Shown in pieces: positions 37,287-48,900 of a stretch of 64,000 bases of DNA. Positions within the stretch are counted from its first letter, which is position 1, and the number at the start of each line of letters is the position of its first letter. The notes beneath the pieces were generated by a model. That model saw only the letters and a program-made list of their open reading frames with translations. It did no database searches and was not told the DNA's origin. Made by a program: the position numbers and the translations under genes. The DNA lies in assembly GCA_030167865.1 (NCBI GenBank), contig JALAGF010005628.1:1-64000 (forward strand), in the 5' to 3' direction. This DNA comes from Craspedostauros australis. Its lineage: Eukaryota.

Positions 37287-40200
37287 ATGGGCGAGCCAGG
37301 ATCAGATGAAGATCCGGAGGAAGCGCCAGTCAAGGGCGCCAACGGCAGGAACAAGTCAAGGAGAGAGCTTCCGGCAGGAGCAGTCGCAACTCTCAAGGCA
37401 TGGCTGCTCTCGCCTGAGCACTTCACACATCCCTACCCAACCCCGCAAGACCAGGCCATGCTCATGCAGAAGACGGGCATCGACAAAAAGCAGCTCAAGA
37501 ACTGGTTCACCAATGCCAGACGCCGAATATGGAAGCCAATGCTCAAGAAGCAGATCGAGCAGGGGAAGCTCCAAGCCACGGGTGCAGGCGGTGGCGGGGT
37601 CGCCTTGCCTGGCATCGTGCCGGGTCTCATGGTCCCAGCCATGCACGGGGCCATCGCCCCGCAACACCAGCAACCTGGACAACCAACCGACTTCCAACAG
37701 AACCAGGAACAGATGCGGGTCAACTACCAGCAGGCAATCCAGCAGGCAGGCGCCACGCAACAGCATCAGGAGGTGAGTCATTTCTATTCAGCGCGCTGAT
37801 TCTTCACCCTTCATTGCGCATCGAACAACTGTGGCACCGCTACTACCGGTACTCGCTCCGAAGTTCGCTTTTGCCTCCTGTGATCGTCTCCGTTTGTGTA
37901 CCGTGTGGTGCCATGAGGTGCCATGTGGTGTTCTATTTCGTCTTGGGCTGTTTCATTGCCCAGCAAGCCCACGCAATATGATGTTTGCGACATGAACATG
38001 CTGACTCACAGTCGCTCGTTACGCATTGTATCTCATCCAATCACTGCCGACGCTGTTCTCGTGATGCGCAACTGGTTACCTCCGCTTGTGATCGATCGGC
38101 TTATTGACTGACTGCGATGGCGTGTCGGTGCCACAGATGAACGCATTTGGCAGCCATTCCTTTGTCCAACACCAGCCACAGCAGCATCAACAACAGCATC
38201 AGCAACCACAAGCAGTCGCCCCTGCCCCAGGAAATCCAGACAACCCGGGATACTACAATCACCAGCAGCCACCACAAGCCCAGTTGCGACCACAACCGCA
38301 AACTCAGCCGCACCAGATGCAAGGGCAGATGTCATCAGACCAGTCGACTTTGCAACCAAACTTGGCACAGCAAGGCCGCTCGGGGCAACAGCAGCCAGAC
38401 GTACAGGCCGGCGCCACCATCATGGCCATGCACGCGATGCCTTCACAAGGCCAGCAAACCATGAGTAAGACGGACAGCCACGCTGTCCTCATGGAGCTCT
38501 TCGCGAGAGATCAGGACCTCGTCCGGGAGGCTGCCGCCAAACGTGCGCGACGCGACCATCATCCACCACAATCATCATTGTTCGGAGGAACCCAGGCCGG
38601 TCGAGGGCCGTTGTCCGATGCCGTAGATCCAGAGAACGCACAACAGCAGCAGCAATCCTCTTCCAAGATACCAACGGGAGGAGCACTGGGGCCCTCCGAT
38701 GGCGGAAAGCAGGCATTCGGCCAGCAGCACCAGCCAGGTCAGCTCAAGCACGATCCCTCATCGATGCAACCAGTCAAGAGCCCTTCGCAAAGTCGCCTGG
38801 TCCCGGTCCCAACTCTCAACTCGTGGCCACACTTCTCCAGCATATCTTCGCTCAACAATTTGGGGACAATGCCTGGCGTCAAGAGCATCACCAGTCTAAG
38901 CGGTGTCGACCTGGCCAGCCAGGGACCGGTCAATCGGGTGGGAAACCTTGCACAGGTCAAGAGCCAAGAATCGATGGGGAAAGCAGATTCTTATGCCTTC
39001 TTGGAGGTCCTCTTTGACGGGTCGGCATCATCGAACAACATGGCATCGCTTGGCAGTGGCCTGGGTTCATCTTCTCTGCAGCTGTCCGGAGGCATGACAG
39101 GGGGAGCTGGCGGCGGCGACAGCGGTGGGGCCGGAGGTGGAATCCTCAGATGGATGAAGCGGGAGGAGGACAACGATGTGGGGTTATCGCTGGAAGACGA
39201 AGGGCCTCCCGCCACGTCTCCGCGGCAGGATGTCGGAGCACGGTTGAATGGCACCGGGCTTGGAGAACCCGCGCCACCCTCATTCCTCCCATCGAGCGCT
39301 GGGATGAAGTCGGGACCTTCCAACGGCTTGAAGCGATCGCATGAGGCCACGATGGCTGCTAGAGGTCTACTGGCCGTTAGCCGAAGTTCAGAGAAGCTGA
39401 CAGACCTGGTCCTCCCGCCGAAAATCCAAAGGTCATTGTCGCGAGAGTTCATGAGACATGATATGCAGCAACAGCAGCAACAGCAACAGCAAACAATGAA
39501 TTTCACTGCAGCAGCAGCGAATGCACCGGCAGCACCATCGCATAACAGAAACGAACAAATGTCCAACAACCAACAGGGTCAGGTCTCGCGATCAGGTCAG
39601 CCCATGCCAGCGCCAACGACAATGGTAAAGATATTGCCAGCGAATACGAAGGCCGACAAGTCTGCGTCAAATCCAAAGGTTCAGGTCCCAACAGCGACCA
39701 AATGCGCCCTGTGTCATCAGACGAACGTGAACACCCAGTTGAGACCGTGCGGTCACATGTTCCACGAGAAATGCCTCAATCCTGCATTGCAGTCGCAGTC
39801 TTGTGGACCAAAGTGTCCGGTCGATCATATACCTATCCAATCGGCTGTACTCGCCGTTCCAACAGACGAGGTGAGTTCGTAGGGTGGCATGCAGCGCATT
39901 CTTCCTGGTCGTTTCGAGAAAGGCGCGACGATCAGCTGCCAGGCCATACACGGTTGGTAAATACCACTGTCAGTTTTTAATGCGGCAAGATTGCATTGCG
40001 ACCACTTCGTTGATCCAACCTGGTTAAGATCGATGTTGAGAATTGGCACCACTCGGCGACAACCACCTCGCTAACATCCAACCCTTTGCGTACGTACACA
40101 ACAAAAAATCGTGCTCCTCGGCGATGGAATAATGACTGCAAATCCAACATGATCACCGCATTCATTACATGGTCCTTGCATCCGTCGTTACATTTCCTCT

Positions 40201-40420
40201 GTATCGCCCTGCCTCATTTCGTGGTGGTAACTTGATACACACTTGCTCGACATTGATCGATCAATTCGACACCACACGACACGAACAGACGCAACCAACC
40301 TTGCCGCTGGGACCACCAAATGGGACTCCGGTGCCTTCTGCCATTCCACCATCATCGTCATTGCCGCCGTGGAATCCAGCCCCGTCGATCCCGCAAGCGC
40401 ACATCAAGTCAGAGTCATGA
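37287..40420 (+). CDS. TALE-class homeodomain protein with C-terminal RING finger (~783 aa)
   Basis: join(37287..37772, 38137..39870, 40289..40420). Homeodomain LKAWLLSPEHFTHPYPT...QLKNWFTNARRRIWKP; RING CALC...PCGHMFHEKC...CPVD. The third exon is inferred from GAG|GTGAGT at 39871 and a 246-nt AG-free zone; if unspliced, the CDS ends at 39882. Confidence 0.85.
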
Positions 40421-41151
40421 GGCTGGCGTGCCACAGCAATACCGACGCCTCGGTCGATGCGATGCAGTCGTGGGATCGTACTTTGACGTTGCGTGCTGAT
40501 GGACGAGCAACAGTTCCTCTGAGGACGTAGCGATGATGCGGAGATACATCCGTGACAGCCAGGCCCGAAGAACCATGACATTTGACAAGTCGCGTGTGTC
40601 GACGATGGTGCCATGCTGTTTGTACTCTAGGGCACTGGGGACAGCGCTGCTAATAATCGCAGGGTGCGGGGATGGGAAACATCATCATGGAGTGCGATGC
40701 CTCACGCTAGCTAATGACGAAGAAGCAACAACTGATTTTAAAAAAGAAAAATGAATCGTATGTGGTACTTTTCCCTATCATTCCTCGTACCGGATTAGTG
40801 TGGCACATGCAAACACTTCGCTGATGGTCCAGAAGTACTTCAGGGTACCAAACGTGTACGATACATGTCGCGTACTCGTGCGTGGACCGGGTATGCCGGA
40901 GCATGCATATTTGTGATCATCTGGTGGCATCCACTTGCGTGTTCGATCGTGCGTCGGCAGGATCGTGGATCAGCCTCTGTGGGTAGGTGGGCGAATAGTT
41001 GTACAAATGAAAAATGACACAAGCTAAACCATTAGTTTTATTGGTACTATTCCTATTATTACTGTTATTATTATACGTGATATGTTACGTTACGCATCCT
41101 ACACTCATGCTTTCTCGTTGTAGCATTCTCTGGTCGGTTGGGTTGTTGGGA

Positions 41152-42696
41152 TCAGCTGGTTTGGCTCCGTTTTGGCTGAAAGAACGACGCGATGCTTCCC
41201 TTTTTCGGTCGCTGGCGCGATTTCTTGAGGTCACTTGCGGATGTCATGGTCGTCGCTGATGCTTCAGCCGCGCGCTTCTTGGCAGACGTGCTCGTTTTTA
41301 CTTTGGCATCACCCTTCTGTGTCGACTTTGGAATGGTACGAAAGAAAGATGCCACCGATCGTGGCTTTGGAATTGGCTGGATGGCACGTTTGTCTTGGAA
41401 GCTCACGGAACTCATGTCCGGAGTCACCATATGCCAGCCAAAGCGGTTCTGCTGGATCGCCGCTTGATATTCTAGTTGCCGCAACAGCTCTTCGGACGTG
41501 GGATTCTCAAGCCATTGCAAAGCGAGGGACATATCCCAGATGGACACGGGCATGCGATGGTGCATCCATTCAATCTGCTTGTTCGCTTTGGTGGTGAGGA
41601 TGGTGAACGTGTCGGCCCAAGGTTCCTCGGGAATGCCAGTCGCAACGCGATTCCAAAGGCCTGCCAACACGAAGTATGAGTTTGCAGGCCGCGGCTGTTG
41701 CTCTGGCGCTTGAAAGGATGACGGAGATGAAGCTGCCGTTCTTGGCGTTGGGACATCCTGATCCTTGTCGTTGTCCCATTTGCCGTACATGAAATACGGT
41801 TGCTTCCTCTGCCCCTTGAGAGACGGTCCCTTCCATTCGTAATACCCATCAAGAACAACGAGGCATGCTCTGCCTTGCGATGCCAGTCGTGCGAATGTCG
41901 GCTTTTGGTACAGCGTGTCGCTGCGAGCGTTGTACATGAGGTTAGAGAACTGGATGCCCATCCTCTTTGTGTCGTCTTTGGGTGGAAGGGGATTTTGCAA
42001 AGTCCCAGCCTTCGTTAGCAAACCCCATGACTTGAGGGATGCCTCCAGTTCGCGTGGCTGATCCTTGCTCCTTGTGAAGACCAATGCATCCATGCCAGGC
42101 GACATGTTGTAACTATCATGCCACCCTCCTTTCTCTTCACCATCCTCGCACCACTGCTGCTGCTGTTGTTGTTGTTGTTGTTGTTGTCGCTTTGGGTCTT
42201 CCGGGGTCTGATCAATGTTTGAAAAGATTCCATCAGTGAACGATGCTGCAGTTGTTGTTTTGGACGGCGACGGAGACATACTCGTGGCTTCGTCCAACGA
42301 TATCACGTCCAAAGGTTTGGGTGCAACGTTTGAGGCGCTGGAATCAACACTGACGTTGTGATCTTTGGTCATGGCAGCATCATCTGCATCATCTGCACCA
42401 TCATCGATTGGAGGAGCGCTGGAGGCTTCGCAGGAAGTCATGCAAATGTCAGCATGGACACCACCGCAACTCTGCTGCGTCCCTTTGGATGCAGAACTCG
42501 TGCATGCAATCGACGAGCTCGGAGGAGTGTTGGCGGGAGTGCTGCCCAAGGTTGATGCCGTGGTTGAAGAGCCATGCAACGCAGCAGAGTGGCGCTGGTG
42601 ACTGGCCGTCGTGCGAGTACTACGGCCACGCGCATTTCCAAGGGACCGAGCCGCAGCTCTCAGCGCCCGTCTGGTCTGCACAGCACGACCGCACAT
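41152..42696 (-). CDS. HMCES: HMCES/SRAP abasic-site processing protein (DUF159), 514 aa
   Basis: Start at the MCGR motif (catalytic Cys2), then YNMSPG, SWGLL, YNARSDT, CLVVLDGYYEW, KQPYF, LAGLW, FTILTT and WMHHRMP. Confidence 0.92.
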   Translation of the reverse strand: MCGRAVQTRRALRAAARSLGNARGRSTRTTASHQRHSAALHGSSTTASTLGSTPANTPPSSSIACTSSASKGTQQSCGGVHADICMTSCEASSAPPIDDGADDADDAAMTKDHNVSVDSSASNVAPKPLDVISLDEATSMSPSPSKTTTAASFTDGIFSNIDQTPEDPKRQQQQQQQQQQQWCEDGEEKGGWHDSYNMSPGMDALVFTRSKDQPRELEASLKSWGLLTKAGTLQNPLPPKDDTKRMGIQFSNLMYNARSDTLYQKPTFARLASQGRACLVVLDGYYEWKGPSLKGQRKQPYFMYGKWDNDKDQDVPTPRTAASSPSSFQAPEQQPRPANSYFVLAGLWNRVATGIPEEPWADTFTILTTKANKQIEWMHHRMPVSIWDMSLALQWLENPTSEELLRQLEYQAAIQQNRFGWHMVTPDMSSVSFQDKRAIQPIPKPRSVASFFRTIPKSTQKGDAKVKTSTSAKKRAAEASATTMTSASDLKKSRQRPKKGSIASFFQPKRSQTS

Positions 42697-43355
42697 GTGC
42701 TTGCTCGTAGTATTACTGTCGTCTTTGGCTCCTTCCAACGTTCGCTGGCTTCTGCTGCCCGCTTTCTTGGTGTCCTTGATTCGATGCAACGCTACTTGGC
42801 TTCTGGTGGGTGTTTCGATTTGTGTCGTTGACTTGGTTTCGTGTTTCGCCACGATTGTGAGGTGTGCTGGATCTGCGGCAGATACTGTGCACACACATCG
42901 TCGCACATGTGTGGTGGCGTACAACTACTTGTGCCCATTCTTCGTGCCACTTCGAAGCGTTCCTTCATGGCTCTTCCACCGGAGAGAGAGAGAGAAAGGG
43001 GACCACGATTTTGTTGGTTGGCAGTGTGGAATGAACTTTTTGAAATCGTGTTGTTGCAATTACGGTTACAGGCAGTTAACTTCCGCGCCAAATTCGTTTG
43101 CCTCCGAAGGTGTGCATGATGCGACCTTCGAACAAACAATGTTGGTGGTGGGGTGCTTGGAGGGGATTCACGGCACAGACTCACCAGAGCACTAATAGTA
43201 GTATGTACAGAAGAGCACAGTACTGTACGGCACAGAAACCCAAGCTATTTGCCATCTCATGCTGTAGGTGTTTGTGCGCGATCGTGGTATACAAATACAT
43301 GTTCTCTCTCTCCAGAGCGCTGCATACGCACAAGCATCAGCCACTTTCGACCAAG

Positions 43356-44961
43356 TCATTGAATGTTGCACATGGACGGCCGATTGGGGCTGGTCAAATC
43401 CTGCGGGCCCAGAATGTCTCCGCACATGAGCATGCTGCCGTCGCATGTTTTTTGCACGTCCGCGCTGTCCGTCGATTCCGCGAACTTGGGACCCTCCGTG
43501 ATGTCATCGTCATCGTCGCCGCAATCAATTGCAGCCTTCGCGCCGTCCCCATTCATCATGCTCTTCATACCCGGTGATCCGCCAGCTTGCATCATTCCCG
43601 TTGTAGCCATCCCTGCAGTATCCACCCCGACCTCCGCAGGCGAGCTAAACGGCGGCGGATTGGGTTGGTCGCTGGAGTTCGGAGGAGATTGACCATTCGT
43701 GCCTGATGGTGATGATGGCGAACCGTTCATTCCTGCTCTTGACTTGGGACTGCGCTGGTGTATCTGAGAATGGTGCCGATTGCTGTTCCTGTCAGTTGAA
43801 GCAAGACCCAACGACTGACCGTCTTGGTGACCTTCTGCGTACGACCCTCCTTGTCTCCGACGTTGAACTTGTCCATCATTCGATTGGGCTGTAAACGTTG
43901 ACGGTAGTTGGAGGCCATCGTTCCGCTGCTGATGCAACAGGACTCGCTGCGCGATCCGCTCGAACAGGCATGAGACGTTGTGATTCTGCTTCGCAGAAGT
44001 TTTTAGGAACATGGCGCCGATTTTGTCTGCCAGCTCCTCCGCGGCTCGGACATCGATCATGTCCGCATCGACCAGATCACATTTCGTGGCGCACATCGCG
44101 ATGACGAGGTCATCGCATGATGCATTTTGCTGCAATTCATGTATCCAGTACTTGAGAGTTTGGAATGACGGCGGTGATGTGCAGTCGTAGCAAACAATCG
44201 CAGCTGCGGCGCTGCGGTAATACATGGGAGCGATCTTCTTAAATTGCTCCTGACCCGCGGTGTCCCAGATCTGAATCTTGCACGTGACGCCATGCACCGT
44301 CAATCTCTTCGTGATGAAGTTGGCCCCTACCGTTGCGCTGCGCCCGGCGTCTCTGTAATACCCCTCGGTGAACCTCAGCACAAGCGACGTCTTGCCAGCG
44401 AAGGTGTCGCCCAGCATGACGACCTGTGAGTATCATCAATCCATCAGCGATGGTACATACGTTGTTTCATACGTTGTTTCATTCGTTGTTTCATTCGTTG
44501 TTTCATCCAACGGCGTTCAATTCCATTCCATTCGATTCAGTTCGATGGGAGTTGGGTGCGATTTGAAATATAGTGGAGTATGACATATTCATTGTACCAC
44601 AAGGTGAATGATGTAGAGCATGGCACCACACAAGCACGTGGATGAGAACCGAAGTGGTGCAAAAGGACAATCAAGCAGACAATGGCGGTGAGGAGAAACT
44701 TGCAAATAGCCACAAGCAATGCATCTTATCACAACATGGGCACTATCGTCGTCAATGCCAGCGTCTTGTGTATGTCGAATTCTCGTGGTTCATGTGTTGT
44801 ACACTTGCATGTTGCTGTGCAGCATGATCAGTGTCCATCAGCAAGAAGAAGAACAAGAGCAGCAGCACGACCAATGCAACTGACATGGAGTGAACTTGGT
44901 TCGATCGGCATGGTTATTTGCGCACCTTGAATTCGGCCTGAGGAAGCTCGACGTGCGGCAT
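43356..44961 (-). CDS. Rab GTPase, Rab5/21/22-like, with long C-terminal extension (367 aa)
   Basis: join(44961..44926, 44423..43356) gives MPHVELPQAEFKVVMLGDTFAGKTSL. G2 ATVGANF, G3 IWDTAGQE, Rab5-family APMYYRSAAAAIVCYD, G4 TKCD, G5 TSAK; ends MCNIQ. Confidence 0.9.
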
Positions 44962-45969
44962 GTTGGCGATGAGAACTGCGTGCGTGCTGGAGTACTTGTG
45001 TGGCAGCGTATGGTATGATCGGTGGGAGCTGTTGTTGAACCTCAAATACGATTAGATTGTGTTGGTGGACGAGAGCAGATTAGATTGGAGTGGAGTAGAG
45101 TACTCTCCTCGACGTATTCTCTCTCTCTCTTGGTAGAGAGCAGAGTAAGGCTCCGTCTGATGCCAGCGATGATCGGAGCGTCGGTGTCAGTAGAGTACTC
45201 TCTTACTCTTGCTCTTCCTTTCTGTCTCTCGGGAGCCAAACTCTGTTACTTGCGGTCGTTGGCAAAAGCTCTCCGCTCCTCTTTCTTCTGGAACGATGAC
45301 TCTCAAGCAGATTGCAGTCCTTGACGGGTACGTGTTGGCCTGTGTTGGTATGTATTGGTATGCATTGGTATGTATTGGCATGCATTGGTCTGGTATCCAC
45401 AAGGACGAATGAATGCCCGAAGTTTTTCTCCCTCCGAGTTCGCCAATGGAGCGGTTGCGTGCAAGGTGGAGAGCCTTCACGCAGCATTTGTGGGTTTCGT
45501 CATCGCGCTGAATTGACGTTGGGAAATTGTATCCGTTGAATCTCCTCATTGAATCACGAATACATGCTGACACTTAAATCACTCATAGATACCTAACACA
45601 TTGTACCCAAGTACAACATATGTGGAGTATGGATGTTGTGTTCTCGGCGATCATCGATCGTCCCCTAGTAGTAGCATGGGGAGCACACTGCCCAGAGTAA
45701 ACATTCATGGAAACACAAAAGCAGAGGCAGCCGCCACACTTGATCACACGCCGCATCTGCATCGTTTCAATGAGTCTATTATAATAGTATGTAGTGTACT
45801 CTATGCTGGTATCTCTATTTGTATATGTTTCGCGCGCATGTGCATGTACATGCGCAAGATATTGTGTTCATGATCTCCATGTTGGGTGGGCGAGCACTGC
45901 ACCTCCACGCATCAACACGAACGGCGCTCCTCTTCCGTTGCGCCCATGCACTGATGGTTCCGGAACGCG

Positions 45970-48900
45970 CTATCCAAAGGCCTCATCCATATTATCCTCG
46001 TTCTTGTGCTTGCTCTTCTTGGTGGCGTAAGACTTTGTCGTCGTCTTCATGAGTCGATCGAACACATTCTGCTTGGCATATTCATTCACTTTCGCAAATT
46101 CTGGACCTTGATTTGCGGATCTTGCGTCCGCGTCCTTGTCATCCAGGATGCCATCCAGCATCTCTTCGGCGATGTTCTTGTGCTGCTTCGGTGCGTACGC
46201 CTGTGTGGTCGTCTTCGTCAGTCGTTCAAAGACATTCAGCTGGATGTAATCATTCCGCTTCTTGCGGTTGCTCGGCGACGTGCGGTCCTTGCGATCATCC
46301 GCGCGCTCCCTGTCTTTGCTTGTCGTCGCAATCGACGAAGCAGGTGCCGCATCTGTCAGGGGTTTGCGATGTTGCGACGATTTGCGAATCGGCGTCTTCG
46401 CAGTGTGCGAGACTGGGGCCGATCTGTGGCTGTCGGTAGCCTCGTGGGCAGTCACGCTCGTGCCGCCCGGCGTCGGATGTGACTTCAAATGGCTCTGCCG
46501 TTCCATGCTGCGGCTGGTGTCATCCTCGCTTCCAAATTCAGACCCTGATGACGGGGAGCCAGATCGGCGGGAGTTTGAATTACGATCGACCAACTTCTGC
46601 TTCTGCACCCCCGTGAAACGTTTTGGGTCACTCAGCCGATCGAAGACGTTGCTGCGCTGTGTCGGCTGCGGGTTGGCAAAGTTAATCTCCTTGCTCATCA
46701 GCTTCGTCGCATCGTCTTGCATCAAAGAAGAAGGCATCTTGCCTTGCGCGATGACTGCTAAATCGGCCATGATCTCATCCGCCCATGCTGGATCATCGCT
46801 CTCATCATCCTCGCTGTCGCATGAATCGATGTCCAGAATGCTCTGTGTGAGCGACGCTGTTTTTGTTTCGAGCTTCCGCGGCACATAAGTCGACCCGGGG
46901 TCGGGATGTGTTTGCAACTGTGCCTGCTGTCGCAGTTGGGTCAGCCCATTCAAGGCAATGGATTTGATGGTCTCTGTGGTGACTTTCATGGTTCCTGCCG
47001 CTGCCCCCTCGCCTCCGCTCGCTGCACCAGCGCCACCCCCATGGACAGCGTGCTCTTCCTTGGTGGCACCCGTCCTCTCAATCTCCGCAAGGATGCGCTC
47101 AAGCGCGACTGTCGATCTGTTGCTTTCATCGTCTCCATCATCGCCTCGTCTCCCCTCGTGGAGCTGAATACCACCGACGCCAGATTTCGCCAGAGTCGTT
47201 TCGGATTGCAACGACCGCTTGCTGTCCTCCAATTCTTCAACTTGACGCTCCAATGTCACGATCCTCTCGTTGGCAAGGATCAGCATTTTGGGATCGGGCA
47301 CGTACGCTCCAGCATGGCCTTTACGTGCTTGCTGCATGTCGCCAGTGAGGACCGCACCGGTCTGGCTGGTCCTCATATCGCTTTCACCATCAAGCCCAGT
47401 GCCTGCATTCGTGTCGGAACTTTGAATGTCGACACCGTTTGCCTGTGCACTGTGAGATTTGTCTTGCACCATCTCCATCAATGACAAAATATGCTCCTGA
47501 TGAGTCTGAATGAGACCAGTGATCTCCTCCTGCTTCTCTTGCGTGAATGTTCGGAATGCAATCTCCTTGCTTCGCACCGTGGAATCAGCCTCTTGAACGC
47601 GTTCATCGAGCTTTGAGGCCGTCCTCGCCAGCTTGGTCACTCGACGTCTTTCCCGAACCACCATGCCAAACAAAACCTTGACTGCATTTCTTGCTGCAAT
47701 GATTGGATCTGGCCCTGCAGTTCATGCATGTATCGTGCATCGTATGGCGTATATCATGTAGCACACCGTGTGGAATGATTGGACAACACCACGGGCAGTG
47801 CACAGCCGCAAAGCATGTTGCATTGGGATGTATGGTACGAGTAGTTGTATCTCAATGTCGTCCAGAGCATTGGGAAAGAAGAAATAAGTCGATGTTAGAC
47901 GTGCATGAGCATGGTACGGTATGAGCACACAGTCCGAGCCCTCACGACGTCTTCATTGGTTGCACTCAGAAGACATGTACACCATGAACTCCTTGCCACA
48001 CGACACATGCGAAAGGTCAAACGGCACGCACCTCTGCAAAGTTCCTTGAATTTAGAATCGAACAGGAACGAATTCTGCTCCGCCCTGGTGTCTTCCTCCG
48101 CAACTCTTCTCCCCAACCGCGATGCGAGCTGCCGGATCCGTTCCTCCTTGGATTGAATTTGTGACTCGATGGAGAAAATCTCCTCCTCGCAAGCACTGCC
48201 CTGATCATCGCGATCCAGCAACTCGACTTTTCTGGTGGACAGTTCGAGATGGTCTTCCCATTCGTGGGCCAACTTTTCTGCCAGCGCCTCTCGTTTGCTG
48301 ACGGTGGAGACTTTGCCATCAAAGAATTCACGCAACGCACTTGCATCCAGCGTCGCCGTGCGTTCTGCCCGGTTCGACATCGGTCTACCTCTCCGGGTCC
48401 TCGACGATTGTTCCCGACGACCGGTCAGAACATGATCAAAGCCTGCGTGTCGCATGACTCCCGTTTTCACGGTTTGCAGCCGCAACTTCTTCTCGACCTC
48501 TTTGTTGCGCGCCTTGAGCAGACTCAACTGCTCCAGCCTCGTCTTTGCGACCTTCTTGGCCTTCTGCGCGTCCTGTGCATTGTCCTCTGACTTTTTCTCC
48601 AGCTTCGACATTTGCCTGTCCTTTTGGATCGATTCCTTCTTCAGTTTATTCATCTCTTGCGCGTGGAGTTTCCTCTCGTCGGTGATCTGTTTTTGCAGCA
48701 AAATCTTCTTGCGCTTCATGTCAATCACGTCCTTGCGGAGCCTTGTTATTTGGGATTGGTTCCTCGATACAACCGATGTTAATTTCGTGAGATCCCGCTG
48801 CTTTCGTTTGAGCTCTGCAATCTGAGTCTGCTTTTCCTTCAGTTTATGTTGCATGGCCTTGGACATTTCATGGTCCGAACCCATCTGCCTCAGCTCGTCT

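Noticed and set aside
42697..42924. 76-aa extension upstream of MCGR in the 590-aa ORF
   Set aside because: Non-ATG start in the track, and SRAP chemistry requires Cys at position 2.
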